Shown one piece after another: positions 58,114 to 64,000 of a DNA stretch of 64,000 nucleotides (the first letter of the stretch is position 1; the number at the start of each line of letters is the position of its first letter). The DNA is from a virus (lineage: Duplodnaviria > Heunggongvirae > Uroviricota > Caudoviricetes). The translations under genes were made by a program, and so were the position numbers. The notes beneath the pieces were generated by a model. The model did no database searches. It was not told the origin of the DNA and saw only the letters and a program-made list of their open reading frames with translations. The stretch spans positions 20,510-84,509 of IMG/VR virus record IMGVR_UViG_3300045963_000248; one strand, given 5' to 3'.

Positions 58114-58904
58114 TATTTTCCTCCTACGTGGATTTGTAAATTCGCATTTGAATTTCCAATTGCTTTATTAAAATCTTTTCTGACTTCGTAATCTAAATAG
58201 TCTCGCATTCCGATTCCGTAACGACTAGCTACTTCAGCTTTTACTTTCATTTCTGCATCCAGTAATTCTTTACGCATTGCTACCTGCTCCTGCTGAGCTT
58301 TAATTTCTAACTGCTGATTTCGGGTAACTTGAATTAACTGTAATGATTTCTCAATGTCAGCATTTAATTTTATAGTATTCAAATTCACACGAACGATTCT
58401 GAAAATGTCACCATATTGCTCATTAATAGTTTTTTGTAAAGCTTCTTTAATTTCATCCTCGATCGCTACTCGGTTCGAAGTAATATCTTTAGATTTAAAA
58501 CGTGCTACAGATTTTTGCAATTCGTTTACAAAAGCTTTCTGTAAAATATTATAACCTAAAACGTCATTAGCATTCCCGTTCTCATCTTTAATTCTAGCAA
58601 TGCTTTTAGTTTTTTTGTAAAAAGCAATTACCTTTTCTGGGTTTGTATCAAAAGTTAAATTTGCGTCTAACTCCTGTAATGGAATACTGTCAGCATCCCT
58701 CGCAGTAACGTTATCAGCATGTACGATATTTTGAGTTAAATCTATTGTCTGCATAGAATCTAAAACAACAAATTCAAAACCTGAAGTACGAATATCATCG
58801 TTAATTCTTCCCGAAAAGGTTGTGACGATTCCCGCTTTTCCTTGCTCCACGTAACTACAGCTTGCTAAACTAAATAGCAAACTAATTAATACTACTAATT
58901 TCAT
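58113..58904 (-). CDS. SPFH/band-7 (stomatin/HflK-like) domain lipoprotein
   Basis: lipobox LASC; SPFH-like core GKAGIVTTFSGRI...FEFVVLDSMQ...; coiled-coil C-terminus. Confidence 0.65.
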   Translation of the reverse strand: MKLVVLISLLFSLASCSYVEQGKAGIVTTFSGRINDDIRTSGFEFVVLDSMQTIDLTQNIVHADNVTARDADSIPLQELDANLTFDTNPEKVIAFYKKTKSIARIKDENGNANDVLGYNILQKAFVNELQKSVARFKSKDITSNRVAIEDEIKEALQKTINEQYGDIFRIVRVNLNTIKLNADIEKSLQLIQVTRNQQLEIKAQQEQVAMRKELLDAEMKVKAEVASRYGIGMRDYLDYEVRKDFNKAIGNSNANLQIHVGGK

Positions 58905-58905
58905 T

Positions 58906-59079
58906 TTATACTCCCAATATTGCTAATTCTTCCACGGTAATTCGGGAAAAATCAGTTGTTGAATTTCTTACTTTAAATTTAGCTCTAACTAAATGTTTCT
59001 TTTTTAGCTTACCAGTTTTACTGCCAAACATTTTTGCTAAAGTGCGTTTGTGTACTTTTTTTAAGTCCTCAATTTTCAT
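58906..59079 (-). CDS. small basic protein (57 aa, below ORF-track cutoff)
   Basis: AGGAGA SD 5 nt upstream; MKIEDLKKVHKRTLAKMFGSK... Confidence 0.4.
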   Translation of the reverse strand: MKIEDLKKVHKRTLAKMFGSKTGKLKKKHLVRAKFKVRNSTTDFSRITVEELAILGV

Positions 59080-59249
59080 TTTTTCTCCTGTTGTAATTTA
59101 TCTATTCTATTTGAGCACAGCATGGTATAGTCGAAAGCTAAAAGTATTATTACCACTTTAATCTGTGCGCTAAGCTCCGGACTAAACAATAGCACAAAAA
59201 TTAATACAAAGTCAAGCGCTAATTTTACTTGGTACATTTTAGATTTCAT
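59076..59249 (-). CDS. small TM protein (57 aa), ATGA-coupled to neighbours
   Basis: MKSKMYQVKLALDFVLIFVLLF... Confidence 0.35.
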   Translation of the reverse strand: MKSKMYQVKLALDFVLIFVLLFSPELSAQIKVVIILLAFDYTMLCSNRIDKLQQEKK

Positions 59250-59401
59250 AATTCACTTCCTAGAATTGTAATCCAAAGTATAACTAAAAATCCTATTACT
59301 GTTTTTGGAAATGTAATTACTAAAAAGATACCTAATCCAATAAAACTTAAAAATAAAACGCCTACGCAAAAACTTAAAAATAACTCTACTAAACTATTCA
59401 T
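59246..59401 (-). CDS. small 2-TM protein (51 aa), start overlaps stop of nuclease gene
   Basis: MNSLVELFLSFCVGVLFLSFIGLGIFLVITFPKTVIGFLVILWITILGSEL. Confidence 0.35.
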   Translation of the reverse strand: MNSLVELFLSFCVGVLFLSFIGLGIFLVITFPKTVIGFLVILWITILGSEL

Positions 59402-60269
59402 TTTCGTCCACCTTTTCGTAAATATCGGCTCCGAAACCGGAACCGAAACAATGCGAGTAAAAAGGACATTTCTTTCCAAACGCAAAGCATCCTTTTTTAT
59501 TTTTAGCAAAACTTCTTTTACTAATTTTTGTAAAAGCTTTACTGAATTTTTCCAGAGTTTCCGCGATCAGTTCCGGCGGAGGCTCCCCGACAATAATTTG
59601 TGTACTGAAATCTTTTTTATTTATTGTGAGAAATCCTACAAATTTGTATTCTGGATACGCTGCATTGTATAGCGCAGTCTGTTCTTTTGTTTTAAAACTG
59701 TTCTTCGGGTACGGCGCTGAAGTAGATTTATTATCTAAAATAGCTGCAACAATGCTACCGTCTGGTAACTGTATTTCAGCAATTAAGTCGATAATTCCCC
59801 GAACCAATCCGCCTTGCTTCGGGAACGGTATTTGGAATTCTTTCTGTACAGCAATTACACGAATAATTTTAGGCAGAATGTGTTCCGCGTAAGCTTCCAA
59901 CATTTTTAGCCCTTTTGCTTCCATGCTAAAAAAATGCTCGTAATGTGCTCTTTTGTTTGCGTCTGTTACTCCGGCAATATCCCACTGAACTTCGTCGTCT
60001 ACAATTTCCAGCATTAAATCTGACTTGTAATAGTCAATATTAAAATTCTGCTCGTGCTGTAGCCAGTTATCGATAAACGCTTGTTTAGCTTTTTCCAGAT
60101 TACGTTCCAATAAAAGTATGTTTAGTGCCTCGTCGTAAGCATTCCCGAAAAGTAGCGCAGAAGAAGTTAGAATACTCCTGTAACGTTTTTCGTAATGTAA
60201 TTCGTATTTGTATCCGCACGTCTCCAGAGTTTCTCGGGCACTGTGGCTAAGTTTCTGTATTTTACCCAT
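59394..60269 (-). CDS. PD-(D/E)XK nuclease, Cas4/RecB-like with Cys4 cluster
   Basis: N-terminal LETCGY Cys plus C-terminal CFAFGKKCPFYSHC; pairs with ERF. Confidence 0.65.
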   Translation of the reverse strand: MGKIQKLSHSARETLETCGYKYELHYEKRYRSILTSSALLFGNAYDEALNILLLERNLEKAKQAFIDNWLQHEQNFNIDYYKSDLMLEIVDDEVQWDIAGVTDANKRAHYEHFFSMEAKGLKMLEAYAEHILPKIIRVIAVQKEFQIPFPKQGGLVRGIIDLIAEIQLPDGSIVAAILDNKSTSAPYPKNSFKTKEQTALYNAAYPEYKFVGFLTINKKDFSTQIIVGEPPPELIAETLEKFSKAFTKISKRSFAKNKKGCFAFGKKCPFYSHCFGSGFGADIYEKVDENE

Positions 60270-60366
60270 TAAAAATACTCCTAAAAATAGCCCTAGCTAC
60301 CAAAAATGCTACAGCAAAAACAAAACCTAAAACAATTACGCTAACTGCGCTTGCTAAAAAATGCAT

Positions 60367-60570
60367 TTATAACTCCTCTATATGAACAATTTCAGCCCAG
60401 GAAGATTCAGCTTGCGAAGCTTCTAATATTATCTTCCCCAATACTGTCTTGTCTCTTACGACATAGACTTCTTCCGGATCACCTACTGTTGAATAAAATT
60501 CTAAATTATAAATATTACCAATTAATTGCACAGCTTTGTTATCTATAATTTTTGACGTAATAACTTGCAT
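60367..60570 (-). CDS. small hypothetical protein
   Basis: 67 aa. Confidence 0.35.
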   Translation of the reverse strand: MQVITSKIIDNKAVQLIGNIYNLEFYSTVGDPEEVYVVRDKTVLGKIILEASQAESSWAEIVHIEEL

Positions 60571-60694
60571 ACTATCTCCTATTTTTCATCTATAAAAATC
60601 CTAATTATGGCTCGTCCGGCAATGTATGCTAAAACGCTAATAAATCCAAAAATAACTATACCTAAAATACTTTCTAAAAAATTCACAATAACTC

Positions 60695-61135
60695 CTAAAA
60701 CTGTAACCGAATCCCGGCTCCAATTCTTTTTTCTGTATCACCAGTAAGAAAAACACTTACCTTGCTAGCTACTGGAACATCCACTAAAACGCCGTAGTCA
60801 GGCTTTTTTAGCTTAATATCAGATAGAGCGTAAACTCCTAGGCTGATTCCATTTTGACTCACTATACGCTCGTTTAGCGTCTCGTGTGTCGAATTCGATA
60901 CAGTATCTATTACTCCTGTATCTGTAATTGTTGTCGTATCCGTCTCAGCTCCCGAAGGATCTTTTACGTGTACAATTTTCGTCACCGTATTCTTTTTTTC
61001 TTTTACAACTTCTTTAACTTCCACTTTTACAACTTCCCGCGTTTCGATTTTAGTTTTGTGTGGCAGTAAAAAATACCCTACTGCTACTCCAGCAAGAGCT
61101 GTAATTGCTGTTAACTTTAATTGTTTTAAATCCAT
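60695..61135 (-). CDS. membrane-anchored protein with beta-rich C-terminus ending in Phe (spanin-like?)
   Basis: N-terminal TM LTAITALAGVAVGYFLL; ends GIRLQF. Confidence 0.4.
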   Translation of the reverse strand: MDLKQLKLTAITALAGVAVGYFLLPHKTKIETREVVKVEVKEVVKEKKNTVTKIVHVKDPSGAETDTTTITDTGVIDTVSNSTHETLNERIVSQNGISLGVYALSDIKLKKPDYGVLVDVPVASKVSVFLTGDTEKRIGAGIRLQF

Positions 61136-61136
61136 T

Positions 61137-61520
61137 TTAAATCTCCTGTTTGCAGTCCGGACAAACCCAAAACTGTAAGTTAGCTGATATTTTATTTAAA
61201 TACTTTTTTTTATGTTGGCATCCTGTACTTATTTGTACTCCGGGATGCCAAGGTGTTCCGTCTAACGCTAATTCTAACTCAAAGAGTAATTCGTCTGCTT
61301 CTGAATTGTATTTCTGCGTCGTAACAGTAAAGCCTCTACCTAAATATGTACTACTCGATACTGTAAGATTGTCAGCAATACTTCCGGGATTCCCGCAGCC
61401 GTATCCGAATTCTCCTATGTACCATCCTACAAATTCTGTTTTACCATTTAGCTCTTCCACTTTTTGTCCGTTCTCTGTAATTATGTATTGCATATTATGC
61501 TCCTTGTAAATAAAAGGCAC
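61137..61520 (-). CDS. hypothetical protein with C-terminal zinc ribbon
   Basis: GCQH...VCPDC. Confidence 0.45.
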   Translation of the reverse strand: MPFIYKEHNMQYIITENGQKVEELNGKTEFVGWYIGEFGYGCGNPGSIADNLTVSSSTYLGRGFTVTTQKYNSEADELLFELELALDGTPWHPGVQISTGCQHKKKYLNKISANLQFWVCPDCKQEI

Positions 61521-61544
61521 CTTGCGATGCCTTCTACGTATAGT

Positions 61545-62276
61545 CTACATCATTATTGTCCAAAAGTCATCACTCATATTACGATTTTGTATAACTTTAA
61601 ATGGCATCCAAAAATAGCCATTTTGACCCCAATCGTCTCCCCACGAGTTTTTAACTAGTAACATCTTTTTATGAGTATTGTACCCTATAGCAACTACTGC
61701 ATGCCCTCCGGCTGCTCTTTCCAATAGTTTAGGGTAAGGCATTATTCCAGTATTAGCAACTTCCTCAGTTAGGAAAGATTCATATACTGTAAATCCCATT
61801 ACTATGCCGTGCCCGGAAGCTATACAATCTAGCATTTCTTTTAGATTACTTACCCGGCGGTAACTTAGAAGTTTTCTATGCATTGCGTTTGCATAAGCCA
61901 GTGCGGAAGGTTCTTTTTTAAATGCCTCCACAATATATGGGTAAAACTGTTCAGAGCAAGCTCCAACTTTAGCGCATGCTTTTATCCCGTCTCGAATCGA
62001 TGCTCCGGAATCATTACTAATCGAGCCTTCCAGTTTTCGTTCCTGAAAGTAAATAAATAAAGCAGAGATTTCAGTTTTAGCTACTAACTCTTCTTCAATT
62101 AAACTTGCAATTGCGTTTCCAGTACACGAGCCTAAATCCCCCTGATCTTTTATAGCGGAATCTTCGTCTCGTAAATCCATAGATACTGGAAGTTTCATAT
62201 TTGACATTTTATATTTTAGATCTCTGTGATCTGGTAAATCTGGTAGCCATTTTTTTGCTATTTTAAAATTTTGCAT
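61545..62276 (-). CDS. papain-family (C1) cysteine peptidase
   Basis: catalytic Cys QGDLGSCTGNAIAS, His GGHAVVAIGY, Asn KNSWGDDWGQNGYFWMPF: canonical C1 triad context. Confidence 0.75.
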   Translation of the reverse strand: MQNFKIAKKWLPDLPDHRDLKYKMSNMKLPVSMDLRDEDSAIKDQGDLGSCTGNAIASLIEEELVAKTEISALFIYFQERKLEGSISNDSGASIRDGIKACAKVGACSEQFYPYIVEAFKKEPSALAYANAMHRKLLSYRRVSNLKEMLDCIASGHGIVMGFTVYESFLTEEVANTGIMPYPKLLERAAGGHAVVAIGYNTHKKMLLVKNSWGDDWGQNGYFWMPFKVIQNRNMSDDFWTIMM

Positions 62277-62282
62277 ATATTC

Positions 62283-63074
62283 CTATGGTGCCGTTACAGT
62301 TGCATGGTCGAGCGTGACTGCAGTCTGTGCTAATAATCTTCCATTAATTGTTGCTCCTGTTTGCATTGCAATTAATGTTTGGGAAAGTATATTCCCTTCC
62401 ATGTGTGCTCCTGTACCTACAGTTACAACATCTCCTACGACAAAGAAAATATTCTTAGCTTGGATTCCTCCAGTTAAAATTATATGCATTCCAGAAGCTA
62501 CAGTAACTCCTCCGGCAATCTGTAAAATAATTACATCTTCAGATCCTCCGTTAAAATAAACATCAGAGGCAATTAGTAAACCAGTTCCCCATTTGTATAG
62601 TCCAGGTTCCAAAGTTAGTCCACTAATATTTCCACTAGCTAATTCAGTTGCATCCGGATTAGGTCTGCCCATAGCATCGGTGTAAGCTGCTTCCATATCT
62701 GAAACTGCAGTAGTTAAATTACTCGGAGTCGGGACTGCGTAATTCGCAGCATAGATTTTTCCAGTAACTTGAGCTGAAGTTGAGAAAACATTTGAAGCAT
62801 CGGCTACTAAAGAAAATCCTGTAATAAAAGATGCAGCGGCGGGACTCACTCCTAAATTTCCAGTAATAGTCGAAGGCACCACTGTTGAAATTGCAGCCTT
62901 TGCTAGGATTACAAAATTACCTGCAGTACGCAAGTTTACTGGATCTGGTCCAGCCATTTGTCCGGGATTCTGAGTGTGACCGGAGTCTGCTCCACTCGGC
63001 GGAGAGTCGCTTCCGCAACTTGTTAGCAATAGCAATCCAGCTAGGATTACAATCGCCATTTTTAACTTTTTCAT
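62283..63074 (-). CDS. DUF3494 (ice-binding-like beta-helix) lipoprotein
   Basis: lipobox LLLTSC; LRTAGNFVILAKAAISTV...ITGNLGVSPAA and C-terminal repetitive beta-helix typical of DUF3494. Confidence 0.65.
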   Translation of the reverse strand: MKKLKMAIVILAGLLLLTSCGSDSPPSGADSGHTQNPGQMAGPDPVNLRTAGNFVILAKAAISTVVPSTITGNLGVSPAAASFITGFSLVADASNVFSTSAQVTGKIYAANYAVPTPSNLTTAVSDMEAAYTDAMGRPNPDATELASGNISGLTLEPGLYKWGTGLLIASDVYFNGGSEDVIILQIAGGVTVASGMHIILTGGIQAKNIFFVVGDVVTVGTGAHMEGNILSQTLIAMQTGATINGRLLAQTAVTLDHATVTAP

Positions 63075-63155
63075 TTTACTTCCTTGTTTAAATATATATA
63101 ACCTACAAAATAAGTTATAAATACACCGTACAGGTCTACGTCAGATTTGTCAACG

Positions 63156-63347
63156 TTAAAGCTTAGACTTGCTATCAATCAACAAATAAGCATAGCCAAA
63201 CGCAATCATTAACCCGAACCAAACACAAGAAAGTAAACCGAATCCAGCAGAAGCTCCATAATTTTCCATAAATGCAAAGTAAATAGTTGTTACAGTGCAA
63301 GCTAGAAAAGCTCCAGTACTAAATAATGATAATACACTTAAAATCAT
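63156..63347 (-). CDS. small 2-TM protein, holin candidate
   Basis: 63 aa, two hydrophobic helices, charged C-terminus DSKSKL; near peptidase. Confidence 0.4.
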   Translation of the reverse strand: MILSVLSLFSTGAFLACTVTTIYFAFMENYGASAGFGLLSCVWFGLMIAFGYAYLLIDSKSKL

Positions 63348-63721
63348 CTTCCAATCTCATATTTAGAGTTTAAGTAACTCAGTTCGTAATAAGCTCTTGT
63401 TCTATTTTCAAAAAGTTCCCGGGAAACTTCTTGCACTTCCAGTTTAGCATTTATTAAAATACGAATCACCGCAAACTTGTCACCAATCGGGGCAACAAAA
63501 GCATTTTCAATTGCGTCTGCTACTTCTGTTTTATTTAATAATCTTTCATGTTCTAAAAATAAAAACTGCAATGCGTCTGCTTTTAAAGAAGCGTTACCGT
63601 TTGCATAAACGTATCCTGCATCGTTTAGCAATGCCATTAGCTCACGAGAACTAACTCCTAATTCTTTTGCTTTGTCACTTAATTTTACTGCACTTCCAAA
63701 ATTACTCATTAAATACTCCAT
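63344..63721 (-). CDS. hypothetical protein
   Basis: 125 aa. Confidence 0.45.
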   Translation of the reverse strand: MEYLMSNFGSAVKLSDKAKELGVSSRELMALLNDAGYVYANGNASLKADALQFLFLEHERLLNKTEVADAIENAFVAPIGDKFAVIRILINAKLEVQEVSRELFENRTRAYYELSYLNSKYEIGR

Positions 63722-63863
63722 CGATTTGTTGCGGCGTTAAATTATTCTGTATTACTGTAACTGCTACTGAAAATTCCAGCATGTCGTTTACGATAACTTC
63801 GTTTTTCTCATTTTTAGTAGCTATTGCTAGCTTTACAATTTCCAATGCTTTTTCCAATGTCAT
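63702..63863 (-). CDS. small hypothetical protein (start at ATG 63863 with AAGGGAG SD; track ORF extends to 63920)
   Basis: gaaaaagggagcataaaATG. Confidence 0.35.
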   Translation of the reverse strand: MTLEKALEIVKLAIATKNEKNEVIVNDMLEFSVAVTVIQNNLTPQQIDGVFNE

Positions 63864-63864
63864 T

Positions 63865-64000
63865 TTATGCTCCCTTTTTCCAGAACTGATTTGTGAACGT
63901 TTTTGTGGCATGCTGTGCATGTTTTACATTATGTGTTACTAATTTATTAAATACCGTTACAGAGCTGTCTAAATACTGTTCCGCAGCTTCGGAATGCCCT
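63865..64000 (-). CDS. partial CDS (C-terminal part; begins right of window)
   Basis: open frame to window end, stop overlaps downstream ATG (TAAAATG). Confidence 0.3.
   Translation of the reverse strand, partial: GHSEAAEQYLDSSVTVFNKLVTHNVKHAQHATKTFTNQFWKKGA

Noticed and set aside
59229-59672. 147-aa + strand ORF antisense to the Cas4-like nuclease and mini-ORF cassette
   Set aside because: Fully embedded in well-supported minus-strand genes, with no promoter or RBS. Other + strand ORFs in the minus block (44200..44532, 49592..49822, 51339..51554, 55609..55887, 61150..61509 etc.) are rejected likewise.
1-64000. CRISPR arrays, tRNAs, integrase/attachment sites, reverse transcriptase, known multi-gene defence systems
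   Set aside because: No short regularly spaced direct repeats, no cloverleaf candidates, no tyrosine/serine recombinase motifs and no RT motifs seen. Lysogeny cannot be judged from this window.

Overview
The window reads as a ~64 kb tailed dsDNA phage genome or prophage segment. It is AT-rich, uses Shine-Dalgarno sites, and has Lxx-C lipoboxes on secreted proteins. No tRNA, CRISPR array, reverse transcriptase or integrase was seen.

Organisation:
- **1..680:** an early control region with a tandem pair of near-consensus sigma70-type promoters (TTGACA-N16/17-TATAAT) reading rightward. A divergent minus-strand promoter runs into an intrinsic-terminator hairpin, giving a candidate ~60-nt sRNA.
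- **~540..40640, + strand:** the late/structural module. It runs candidate small terminase, HNH endonuclease, large terminase, portal, scaffold, major capsid, three very large fibre proteins (1633, 1002 and 745 aa) plus many smaller structural proteins, and three Gln/Gly/Ala-rich putative internal virion/ejection proteins (362, 526 and 754 aa). Ten structural operons are each preceded by the same ~37-nt bipartite motif, TACACA-N14-TTAACAACTTA-N2-5-TAG. This looks like a phage-specific late promoter.
- **40632..64000, - strand:** the early/replication and accessory module. It holds family-A DNA polymerase with 3'-5' exonuclease, an AEP-primase/DnaB-type helicase fusion, an ERF annealase, a Cas4-like PD-(D/E)XK nuclease, a dNMP kinase, a DEDD exonuclease, many Cys-rich mini-proteins, and a candidate lysis region (C1 papain-like peptidase, DUF3494 lipoprotein, small 2-TM protein).

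Notable points:
- Seven HNH endonuclease genes, three of them paralogs sharing a ~180-nt dispersed repeat.
- A C-terminal Hint (intein-like/PT-HINT-type) autoprocessing domain on a 703-aa virion protein.
- A second candidate promoter-plus-terminator sRNA in the 450-nt gap between two HNH genes.
- A convergent SLT/lysozyme-like moron gene, with its own sigma70 promoter, inside the head module.
- An SPFH lipoprotein translationally coupled to three mini membrane ORFs, and a secreted ClpP/S49-like protease.
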